A stretch of DNA of 57,704 bases, filler included, from Basidiobolus ranarum (taxonomy: Eukaryota), in the NCBI GenBank assembly GCA_040143965.1. It is 4 parts of 4 records of this genome, joined end to end, with 100 filler letters (N's around TTAATTAATTAA, not from the genome) between each part and the next. Parts side by side here need not be neighbours in the genome. Positions count along the whole stretch, not along the records: positions 28,941 to 43,283 come from JASJQH010000429.1; positions 43,384 to 57,704 come from JASJQH010000430.1; 2 more parts are not named here. One strand, written 5' to 3'. Shown here one piece after another: positions 33,616-45,382 of this stretch; the stretch's first letter is position 1, and each line of letters begins with the position of its first letter. The notes under the pieces were generated by a model. That model was not told the origin of the DNA. It saw only the letters and a list, made by a program, of their open reading frames with translations, and made no database searches. A program made the translations under genes and the position numbers.

Positions 33616-36600
33616 ATGTCGTATTTTTCGGGATTAGTTAAGTCTACACTCTCACGAGTTGTAAGCGGCCAGGATCAATCTTTTCCTTACACAATAGGGG
33701 AAAAGAACTATCAATTTGAAGGCGCCACTATTTGGTCACTTCACGAGGGCACCAAAAAGGTAATCTCTATTCTTCTTTTCCTGCTTCTTTATATTCACTC
33801 ACACAGTAAACCACGAAAACCTAGGCCGACAACTCTCCTGTATCTATATTTGCCTTTGATTGTATCAACAATCGACATCTTCTTCCTTTGGCTAGAAACT
33901 ATTTTAAGAGAGTAAAAACTATTAGACATCCAGACTTGCTCCGATATATCGACGGTATTGAGGTTGGTTATTCTCAACTTGGTTACCTTAAGATGTTTTG
34001 AAGTTAAAGACCTTCCTAACATTACTGATAGACTGAGGAGCGCATTTATATTGTCACTGATCCAGTCTTTCCTCTATCGGAGCAACTGAAGGAAGATAAA
34101 AACAACAACCTTATATTTTGGGGCTTATACAAAACTGCGGTCAGCCTTTATTGTACTTCATTCTTTAAAGAAATTATCGGTTTTTAACTGGTAAATTCTC
34201 AATTAATCCACAGAATGCCGTCAAGTTCCTTAATGTCGATTGTAATCTGGTCCATGGAAATATCCGAATTAACTCTATCTTTACGAATAAAGCTGGAGAA
34301 TGGAAACTCGGAGGCTTTGAATTGCTCTCTTCCGTTCAAGAAGATAATCCAGTTATCGTGGTAATGTATAAAGCTAATGAATTCACTTAGCATAAGGATT
34401 TCCCTACTAACTGTCGCTTTTCATAAGTCTTATGGTGAATTAGTGCACGATTTCAGCAAATACGCAACTCCCGAAATTAAGAAGCACTCTCCAAGAGTCA
34501 TCAAAGAGTAAACCTGATTTCTGTTATCATACAATAGCTCATCATTACTCAAATACATCCATTTTTTTCAGTTATGAACCTAGGGTGACAGATTCATGGC
34601 AATATGGATGCTTGATTTATGAAGTTTTCAATGGAGACATAGCTTATTCTGAGCAAATCTACCAAAGGGGCGCTATACCTGCGGTACAGGCGATATAGAC
34701 ACTACTTATTATATTGCTCTATTGACTTACACTCGTGAATTGCTTGTCTAGAATATCTTCTCTCAATACAAGTCTCTGCTCGCACCAGAACCTCGGGCCC
34801 GTCCTGATTTGACCAACTTTATTAATACCGGTTTAATGCCAGATGGCTATTTCCAAAATGACTTGGTGCAAATCAATTTGTTTTTGGAAAACTTCGCAGT
34901 CAAAGAGCCCAGTGAAAAGGAAGCCTTTTTTAGGTAAAGTCCATCTACTTTTGTAAAAGAAACAGCATTCATTGATACTTTCATCATCAGGAAACTGGAA
35001 AACTCGTTGGACAATTTACCCCACAATTTTTCCAAATATAAGATTCTTCCTGAGCTATCTAAAGCATTGGAGTTTGGTTCGGGTGGACCCAAGGCTCTTG
35101 GCCTGATCGTTAAAATTGGGGCACATTTTAGTGATAAGGAATTCGAAACACAATTACTCCCTATGATAGTCAAGATGTTCAGTCTTTCCGATAGAACTAT
35201 TCGTTTGAGTTTACTCGAGAACCTTGCCAGCTTCATCGACCATTTGGACAACAAAACCGTTACCAATCAGATCTTCCCTCATTTCGTAAGTCTTCGATAT
35301 CGCTGGTGGACTTGATCCTATGTATTGATTTCTCCTCCCTCTCTCTACACATACGTATTGCGCTCTAGGCTTCCGGATTTACAGACTCTGTTCCAGTTTT
35401 AAGAGAACATACACTTAGAGCAGTTCTAATGCTAATCCCTAAGGTACACTTATCTGTCCCACATACCGCTTCTTAGAGCTTACTAACTTACTAACGCATC
35501 TGCCCTAGTTAAGCGACCGGATCATTAATAATGATTTGATGCGGCACTTGGCTAAGTTGCAAATAGATGAGCAGCCAGGAATCAGAACAAATACTGTCAT
35601 CTGTTTGGGAAAGATTGCTAAGAATCTAAATGAATCGGTAACTCTACAATTATGCTTATGATAAACAGGAAGGATATACCTTAACATTCAATGCGACAGA
35701 ACAAGAAAAAGGTATTAGGAAATGCTTTTGTTAAAAGTCTCCGAGATCCATTTCCGCATGCTAGAATGGCTAGTTTGATGGCACTTAACGGTTCGTTCTG
35801 ATGGGTTACACGTTTTCAATTTCCTTATTGTATTAATCAAACATCTTTACATAGCCACGGTTGAGTATTATGAGCCCGCGGAAAATGCTACAAAGATAAT
35901 ACCATGCATTTCAACTTGTTTATTGGACCCCGAAAAGTAAGCATATATGCACTGGCTACACTACTCGTTTCGTTACTAATCCATTGAATATATAGGGTAG
36001 TAAGAGATCAAGCTTTCAAAGCTATCGGCTCTTTCATAAAGAAACTTGAAGATGTTGCAGGCTCAATGGTATGCTTTCACTCCCCCTATCATTCTCAGAC
36101 TCTGGTTTAATGTGTGATTTGTGTTATCCAAATGCAGCCCGATACAACCGCTGTTAGACCTAATAGTCCTAATCAGCCTGCATCCAATGGTACTGCTACA
36201 GAGGATGGCTGGGCCAATTGGGCCGTTTCTTCTATTACAAAGAAGGTTTTTGTTTTTGTACCTTTATATTTGTGTTATTGATTTACTAACTTTCATGACT
36301 TTAGATTGCTGGTACCATTGACTCCACTAGTACTGCTATCTCTGGATCTCAAAGTAGCTCCCAAGCCTCCTCCCCCAACATCAATAATACCACCTCAGAG
36401 ACAGCCTCGCGCAACAATGTTTCTAATATATCTCCTCCAATTCAACCTAGTCCCTATAGCTCATTCTCTACAACTTCAAACAGCTTCAATAGCAAGCAAG
36501 GTTTGTATATATGTCAGTTGATTTGCGTGTGAAATAATACTTATTCTAACGTCTATTTAAAAGCATCATCACTCACCCCTGAACCATTTGGAGAGAAGAC

Positions 36601-36973
36601 TGACTTCACTGCAGCTTCTGCCTCAGCCTCAGCTGCTCTTGGTAGTATGAAACTACAAGGCCCGCCCAAATCGAAAACCACCGCTACATTTTTCAAGCAA
36701 GATTCGTTTATGGACACTTCTGGCTGGGATGATGATTTTGGAGGAGGCTGGGATAGCGAAAGCAGTGGGTGGGAAGCTTCCCCTATGGCATCTAACAAAT
36801 TCAAACCCTTGATCCCAACAAACGCTGCTTCTACTGGACAGTCTGTGGAATCTCGCACGGTATGTCTTCGTACAGTATAAATCTTACCACAATCAATCGT
36901 ACTAAATCTCATACAATATGTTGAACAGCACGAGAAGAAAAAACCAAATACCCTTGGTGCAAGGCGATTGTAA
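33616..36973 (+). CDS. CEX1: SCY1-like pseudokinase with HEAT repeats (Cex1/SCYL1), many exons
   Basis: LRHPDLLRY, VHGNIRINSIFTNKAGEWKLGGFEL (no HRD or DFG), KYKILPEL, DRTIRLSLLENL, DEQPGIRTNTVICLGKIA, LRDPFPHARMA and C-terminal KKKPNTLGARRL*. Confidence 0.92.
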
Positions 36974-37431
36974 TAAGTTTAATTTGCAGTTACATCCCTT
37001 CGTTTTAATTAGTTTTGCTATTCCATTCTCTTATAATTATAGCTTTAGTCCAAACGCCTTTAAATTTTCATTCGTCCAGAAGTTCTTCGTGGAGGAGGTT
37101 GCAATACTGAATACCATATTGATGAACGGATATTGGTTGATTCCTTTAAACTTAGAGATTTATATTAGCTCTGCTTTGGTTGGGTTCGATTCTTCAATTT
37201 AGATGTTTAACTATGAATCTGGATTAACATGCTTTCGGGTAGTACCTATATAACATGCCGAATATCGGAAGCATAAAAGAGATTAAATTTTTATTACTTT
37301 GAATCCAAGAATACGATCAATTATTCAATTCAATTCAAAATTACATGTTTATTATCTCCTGATAAATATCGTTTAGATGCATTGTTGATGAAATAACTGA
37401 ATAAATGCCTAATATTTAAAGTCGTACATAA

Positions 37432-37965
37432 TTAAGCTATCAGTAGCACGCTTACACTGTGACGTCCCAGCTTGTGGAACCAAGGGACTACGTGGCGTGA
37501 CTGCTGGCTCGTTATGGTTACATCATCTATCAGCAATTGATCGCGGTCAACATGACGCTCCAACAACTTGAGATTCCTTAAATTAGCCTTGAAGTATGCG
37601 TCCAAAGCATCTCCTAGAATGAGAGTGATTCCTAGCAGCCAATCGAAAAAAATATTCAGAAACATGCGTATCTTTATTGAATAAGGTAGACCAAAACGAC
37701 AAGAGAGAAAGAAAAGATATAAAGAGGCAAAGAGCCCAAAGAAATCTACAATTACTGGAATAAGCCCACTGACAACCTCGTAACCAATACCAAGTGGCAA
37801 TGACGGATGTTGGTCTAGCCACAGAGTTACCTTCCGAATATGACCCATAAGCTTTTTTACATTCTTGGCATTCATCTTTTTCTTCTTATTCTTTTGTTTG
37901 TTTCTTGACTGCTCGCCATTATCATTCTGGGTTTGCGGAAGAGTCTCTTCAGTTCGATTAGCCAT
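37432..37965 (-). CDS. DUF4112 family membrane protein, intronless
   Basis: WLD..IGYEVVSGLIPVIVD..RMFLNIFFDWLLGI..GDALDAYFKANLRNLKLLERH pattern. Confidence 0.8.
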   Translation of the reverse strand: MANRTEETLPQTQNDNGEQSRNKQKNKKKKMNAKNVKKLMGHIRKVTLWLDQHPSLPLGIGYEVVSGLIPVIVDFFGLFASLYLFFLSCRFGLPYSIKIRMFLNIFFDWLLGITLILGDALDAYFKANLRNLKLLERHVDRDQLLIDDVTITSQQSRHVVPWFHKLGRHSVSVLLIA

Positions 37966-38649
37966 TTCTTAGAAAGCAAACTCATATTCAACCTCTACTA
38001 CAGCTTTATATAGCTAGACGACTTGGTTTATCCGTTAGAATAGGAGTTGCTAGCGCTTTGCGATCATTTAGTTTCTCTTGGCTCTCTGTTGAGGTTTAGA
38101 GTGACATCATAGTACTGCATTATGTGTAAATTCATACATATCTTCGTATCAAGCGCAGGTCTTCGATGGTGCTTATGATGCTAGTTCACACTAGAAATAA
38201 TCAAGCTGAAACTTGACTGCAGATTGTGACCCTTGTTTGGCAGAGTCGATGGTTGATATCCTCATGAATGTGCAAGTCTGGTATTTGAAGTGATATCATC
38301 AATATTTAAACAAATGGACGCATCTTTGATTAGATCAGTCCATTGAGTCACTGGAGGAGTGCTACAGTGCTGATAAGAATATGGATGTCGGACCGCATCC
38401 CAGTCACTACAGAGCCAAATATGGGATTGGTAAGTCAGTATAAACTACGCGTAAGATTTTTTTGCTATCAAGCATGGCTTGTCGGTCCGAGATTCTGCAG
38501 ATACACTAAGATTTCCCTTTTTCGGATCCAAACGGTTACGTAGATCTATCAAATCATTAAGCCTTAAATTTAGTGTCTTTGTAGAATTCCTTTTTTGACT
38601 ATTCATTTCGTATAAAATGAGCCATTCTCAGTGGACATCGTGAAGCAAC

Positions 38650-40191
38650 ATGGATCAAGGACTCAGAAATCGTTCTTCTCGTAAATACGACATCATTTGT
38701 GAGTTTGACCCGTTTCTTTATTTTACTAGCAATCAGCACTAATAATTTTGCACTTCAAGTGTGGGGTGCCACTGGGTTCACCGGTTCCCGAACTGCGCAC
38801 TACATGGCCAAGAATGCTCCCAAGGTATTTAGTTAACAACCTCGTGAATATCTTTAAGTGTCCGTATCCTAACTTGCCATTTTTTTAAGTCTTTAAAATG
38901 GGCCTTGGGGGGCAGAAGTGAGGGCAAGCTAAATCAAGTCAAAAGTCAAGTTCTGGAGCTGGACCCCTCTTGGGAGGTGAGTGCTTTACATTTTGCTAAT
39001 ACTTTCTTCAAGACATGACTAACTTGTATTCCAGAGTAACCTTGGAATAGTCACTGCTGATTCCTCTAATTTGAACTCCCTTGAGCAGCTCGTCGGTCAA
39101 ACCAAAGTAGTTATCTCTACTGTTGGTAAGCAATTTCTATCGCTAACTCCTGCTCTGGAGATTCGTTAATAACTTCTTATTTTTGTTCAGGTCCTTACGC
39201 ACAATATGGCTCTCTCCTTGGTACGTTTCTCTTGGTGTATTGATGTATTTATGTTCCCTACATTAAACAAATTATTATAGTCGAAGCCTGCGCTCGCAAT
39301 GGTACAGATTACTGCGATATCACTGGCGAATCATTCTGGGTAAAGAAGATGATTGATCAATTCCATGAGCTTGCGATAGCCAACAACGCCCTCATTGTCA
39401 ACTTCTGTGGATTTGATTCAGTTCCCTCTGATATGGGTACGTTCATGATGGTGGATTATATCCAGAACAAATATCAAAAACCTACCAAATCAGTCAAAAT
39501 GACAATCACCAAGATAAGTGGTGGAATCAGTGGTGGTACTATTCATTCGGCTATTAACGGAGGAGCCGAGAGAGGTGCCATTAAAGATGTCAGCGACCCT
39601 TACTTCTTGAATCCTGCGGAATTCCGTGGACCAGAGAAATCCTATATTCCTAGTGTTTACTACGATCTAGATTTCCAAAGCTGGCAGGGGTTATTCATTA
39701 TGAGCCCAGTTAACGAGAAAGTAGTTCGTCGTAGTAATGGAGTTACCGCTAATTCATACGGAAAGAATTTCGTTTACCGTGAAACGCAAACCTTCTCTCT
39801 TATCGTTGCATACTTGGTTACCTATAGTTTGATTCTTTTCGGAATTTCCATCTCCCTCGCTCCTACACGTTGGTTATTAAAGAAAATTGTCCCCGTACAG
39901 GGTGAAGGACCATCGGATGAGCAAATTAAGAAAGGTCACTTCACGGCAGAATTTATCGCTGAGGTAGAGTCTGACGAAAAGACACAGGTTCGTGGACAGG
40001 TTCATGGCAGCAGTGACCCTGGTTACAGTGAGACATGCAAATATGTAGCAGAAGCTGCCATCACCATGGCCCTAAACCGTAGTGGCTGCAGATCCCAAGG
40101 CGGTGTTCTTACTCCTGCAAGTGCGCTAGGCCATGCGTATTTAGAACGCCTCAGAGCTATACCTGGCGCTGTATTCAAAGTTATTGAGTAA
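38650..40191 (+). CDS. Saccharopine dehydrogenase-like oxidoreductase (SCCPDH family)
   Basis: KYDII|LWGATGFTG Rossmann motif, WALGGRS, VVISTV|GPYAQYG, GTDYCDITGE, CGFDSVPSDMG, DPGYSET and GGVLTPASALG. Confidence 0.92.
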
Positions 40192-41092
40192 AAGTTGAGT
40201 CTCAACATGTTGAATTGTTGCTTCTGCGGGTTATTGATTTAAAACGATACATGTACTATTTATAATCTGTTATCAACCTAGTTGCATCTATAAAAGCTTG
40301 AATTATATTTATGAATAAGAAATAAATAAGAATATTTTCAATTTGGAGCTCAAAATCAAATAAATACACAATTATAACACCGCTTAGTTGCTTTGTAGCT
40401 TATATTCTATAGCATCAGTAGTACTCATTGGAACTGAAGACGAAATGACCATAGCCTAGAACTATTTGCCTTTCCATGCTCAATATATAGTCACGATAAT
40501 TTGGCTAGGGTATTGGTGTTGGTTGGCTAAGCCTCAAACGGATCTAACATTAGCCATCCGGCAGAGTAGCTGCGGATCTCATTTCAGCAAATTGGGTAAC
40601 ACTCTTCAGGCTTATTGGACTCGGTGACGATAGCATGGAGGTAGATGTTCGCACTATCTTGGAAAGAAGATCTCGAGCAAGCAAGGGAGTGCATACCATC
40701 CACTTGGGTTAGATCAAGCCTTTACTATCGAGGCCCATCAGATTGACGAGTGGAGAATAAATTAGTCACGAATCTATATTCATGGCTTGTACATTCTTGT
40801 TATCCTATGTGTCATACTTCAATGTAATCAGCACTTGACAGTTTAAAAATAAAATTGTTCGCGCAGACTAGAGCATGTTCAAGCATCACTGGGATTTTCA
40901 TCATCTTTGCTGACACTAGCTTCGTTAATCTATCTTAAATCAACAGATGGGTAAAATTCTATATTAGTAGATCATTGTAAGGGTCACATCATTTGTATAC
41001 TACAGTGAATTGAATTTCCCATTTTTGTAACAATTGACAGCGTAAGTAAAATACATAATTTTTACTGACGCCCTTTACCTTGATTTCATACC

Positions 41093-43283
41093 ATGACGGA
41101 GGAGCGACAAATCATAGAACACACCAAAAGCATCGACAATAAGAAACGAGAACTACTAGAACAAATTCCTTCAGAAAAATCCAAATCACTGAAAACCGAG
41201 AACGGTAAGTACTTTTACTGACTACCTTTCTTTTTAATACTGTTGATTCCATGAGACTGTTCGTTTTTCCTACTACAATTTTTTTTACGTTCTTGTATAT
41301 TTTGTTCTAAATATTTATGTTTCCTTAATTCCTGACTTGACCGCATTTCTCCCTTATCTATTACTTTTTTATGATCTATATATATTCTTGATATCCGCTA
41401 CATGGGTAGTCTCATTTGTGTAGGTACACTTGCCTCTGGTACAACTGAAACTCAAACTACACTGAATGCGGCATCTACAACACTAACGGAAGAACAAAAA
41501 AATGCATTAAATCAAGCCAAAGCATACATTCAGAAAATACAACTCACAGTAACAACATTTTATTTTTGGATTTTCTTGCGATTCTTTACCAACATTATTT
41601 GATTAGCTCATGAAAGCCCCTCAAACTACGACGTTGGAATCGGCTTCCTTAATAGAATCGATAAATAATCCGAAACTCAACACTGGGACCGACTTAAGAA
41701 CTATATCAGTGCTTTCTCGAATATATGTTGGTTCTATATATTTCGAGCTTAGTCAAGAACACATTAGAGCGGTCTTCAGTCAATTTGGATATGTTAAAAA
41801 TATCAGTATGTCAGTTAATCCATTGACCGGTAAACACAAAGGATTTTGTTTCATTGAGTTCGAAACCCCTGAAGCAGCCAATCTTGCACTGGAGACGATG
41901 AATGGAACTGAGTTAAGCGGAAGGTAACAATCTATCCAAATTATTTGATGACCTCTATATATGCTTAAAGTTCCGAACTATTAGACAACTTAAAGTCGGT
42001 AGACCCAACAATTATTCACCAGCACTTGTAGATGGTAAACTTCGAACCTTTCAACGATTGACTCATCTTTAACTGCTCCATGCTTTTTTTATTGTCTATC
42101 TTTAATCATTTGTATCAAAAGGCCTTCCTGACAAGCCAGTAGCCAGGATTTATATTGCTAATGTCAACGAGTTCATCAGTGAAGAAAATTTGGCTAGTCT
42201 ATTCGAGGCATTCGGAGTGCTTGAGAAGTGCATACTTATTGTTCGTAAACTCTTGAGCTATCTCAAATGTACCATATATTGTCTAACTCGTAGTTTTTCC
42301 TTAGCCTGATGTAGTATCGAAGAAGCACAAAGGCTATGGGTTAGTAGTAATATTTATGCGGCTTCTTTTATCCGTTATAGCATTCTATTCGTAGTTTTCA
42401 TATCCACACACCTTGTGCTCCTTGAATAATATTACTGGAAATTGAGTGAGATTCATCTACAAGACTCTGACCCTCTATCCTTATCTTTATCCATCTTTAT
42501 TTCCACACATTCGAGAATTTACCAGTTTGTCGTTGACAAGATTTATGAATCATTTATCGCTCCGCACGTCAGATCTGATTCAGCGCTATTTCAAAGCTGG
42601 TTATTCGTTTCCACAGTTATTTTCATTATTTGCTATAGAAATTCAACATCTAACCATCATGTTCTTTTCTCCTATGTACCTATATATATACTTTTTCTTT
42701 TCTTCACCATCTAAAGAGGCTCGCTCAATATCATGATTCAGCAACTTATGAACATCCTCAAGAGCATCAGGAAATCTAACTCGGTCCTTATAATACAATC
42801 ATAGATTCGTAGAGTTTCAGGATGAGATCATTGCCGATACTGCAGTTAGTTCTATGAATGGGTTTGAACTCGGTGGCCTCCCTTTGCACGTGTGCAAGGC
42901 TATTGTTGGTGGACCTCTGGGGGAAGGAATGAAAGCTCTGAACAAAATCGCCAAATCTACACCACATATACAATTACCAGAGCAGGTATTAAATGCGGCT
43001 AAAAACATAAACAACAGTATAGGTACGAAGTAATTTTCTCGAGGAGATAGCCCATCCACTATTAGAACGCTGTACACTAATCCATTTTTCATCATAGCTG
43101 GTCAGATGTCTAACACCATGGCAGCCAAAATTGCTGCACAAATCGTTGCCCGTGGTCAACAAACGGTAGTCGATTCTGTGGCACGAGAAGAGAATGTCAG
43201 TATTTCAGGGAGCCAAAGATACGCCATCATGCAGAAGCTTGCTCGCAGTGATGAGGTGATTAGTCCAAAAGAAACATGATTCT
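41093..43283 (+). CDS. PUF60: Poly(U)-binding splicing factor PUF60/Half-pint homolog; 3' truncated before the UHM
   Basis: RRM1 RIYVGSIYFEL..GKHKGFCFIEFETPEAANLALETMNG..GR|QLKVGRPNN; RRM2 RIYIANV..KHKGYG|FVEF..AVSSMNGFELGG..LHVCKA; EENVSISGSQRYAIMQKL, matching recalled PUF60 motifs. Confidence 0.9.
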
Positions 43284-43383
43284 NNNNNNNNNNNNNNNNN
43301 NNNNNNNNNNNNNNNNNNNNNNNNNNNTTAATTAATTAANNNNNNNNNNNNNNNNNNNNNNNNNNNNNNNNNNNNNNNNNNNN
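43284..43383. other. Artificial contig spacer N44-TTAATTAATTAA-N44
   Basis: Same 100-bp structure as the other spacers. Confidence 0.99.
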
Positions 43384-45120
43384 TCCTTGTCCAGTCCTGT
43401 CTTGTCTTGTCTTGTGGTCTACACCCAAGTACTCTCCTGCCTTCTAGCCTCTTGTCGTTGTTCCCAGTCCTTGTCCAGTTCCTTATTGTGACATAATGCA
43501 ATAAGTTAAGGAGGCTCAAGAGTATGTTAACCATCCAACAAAAGGCTCTTTTCAATATGCTCATGGGCTTTTGCATTGTCTGAGCATAACAACAGCAACA
43601 AAGCCCAATCCATGGACACAGAGTAAGTATCTTGATAATTTGAGCTAGTTTGTTTGTGTGATAATCTGACAGTATTTCTAGGAAAGCTGTATGATAGATT
43701 TCTTGGTGAGATAGATTGAGATATGCAGTATTATTGTCTTAGCCATGAGGTAATCTATTCAAGCAATGACACATCTACTTGTGGCAGGACATTTGTTGAC
43801 TGCAAGTTGGGGATATTTTAGCTGAACTCTTTATGGAAATTTGCAAAAATATAAGAGCTTATTCTCATTGTGAATGGTAACAAGAGTCAGCTATTTACCA
43901 AGTATCAGTGCTATTCAAAATTTCAGATGTTTAGCAATTTTTCCACAGTTAGTTTGCTGGTGAAGCATATTCATATTGTTGGGTTATGTCTGATCAGTCA
44001 AGTATGTGCATATGTAGATACTAAACAAAACAAGATTCTTGTATTTTTTGATTCTCATTATGGCTAGAATACAAAGCCTAAAATATCAAAATAAAGGCAT
44101 GCATATTAATTCAAATTCCTACAGCAGTAAACCCAGTAATTTGCCATTCAAAAATTAGATTTGTGCAAAAATTACTGGAAATTAAATAATGCATGCCAAA
44201 TATGAGGATCAATATTTTAACATGTATGAATACTGTCAAAATACTGTCAACCAGCTGCTGTCTCACCATCAAAATCCCTGGCAGAATGCAAACCATCAAT
44301 ATTGTGATGATTCTCTGATGGTTTTGCAATCCAGAAGGGAGGATCTGATCCAGATCAAATTGATTTTATTTGTGTTAGAGGACATAATACTTACTATGTT
44401 GGGAGGGGGAAGTTTTAAAACTACAAGTTTCTCTAGGATTGATAATCACAATGCAATGTCCAACTTTCTGTTGAAGAAATGATTGGTGCCTTGATAAAAG
44501 ATGTTGGATAATTAATCTTCATTTAACATCTCAGTTAACTTTAGTTATGATAGTCAACTTTTGTTATGATACATATATCAGAAACAGAAAGCAATGTATC
44601 TATAGCCCCTATATTCTAATAAGGAATATCTCTATATCTATATAACAAGTATGTCTTATTACCCCCTTGTATCTATTATATCTTATTACACAAACTCCTG
44701 AATATCTCAAACAATTGATTTACTTGTCTACTATATAAGTCATCATATACTCTTAAGAATAAAGTAACTAAAACACACTATCATAAGTTGCTTCTAATAC
44801 ACAAAGTCTACCCCCATTATGTCAAGATCCTCCAACAAAAGAATATGCTGGTATCAATGTCCTTTGATCTTGATCAAGTACTAAAGCTTCTTTGATCAAA
44901 AACAACTGTAAACTCAACCAGTAGTGTCTTGACAAGGATGCACTTAGAGCAATTATCCAAAGGTGGAAGGTACCTTTGCCTTAGAAGGGAAGCTTGGGAA
45001 AGATGGGTATCTAATAATTTCCAATATAATGTCAAGTTCATTATCTAGTAAAATATCACTTGGTTCCAAAATGGATAAATTGATAGTTGCACTTGGTGAA
45101 CACTAATTTAATGCAATATA
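43384..45120. mobile_element. CpG-depleted degenerate transposon/repeat region
   Basis: I read one CG in about 1.7 kb; only short broken ORFs; 44596-44838 is homologous (inverted) to 14160-14375; TCTTG/TCCTTGTCCAG simple repeats at 43384-43480. The element family is not identified. Confidence 0.65.
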
Positions 45121-45382
45121 TAACTAAGCGAAATATTATATAAATAATATGCTACTAGCCTCATCTCACCAGGGAACTCGGGTACTGCATTTGGTTCTCA
45201 ATACAGAAAGTCAGAAATCGCACCAATAATTCATTAAGCCAAATGCAGAATCTCATTGCATGAACTATCTCAAGCATGAAAGAAGCGGAAAGATAATTCA
45301 TACCAAAATTTGTTTTCGAAACTCTATAGGCTGGTTACCAAAGAAATTCGAAATATATCCTCTTGAGTGACAACAAAAACGA

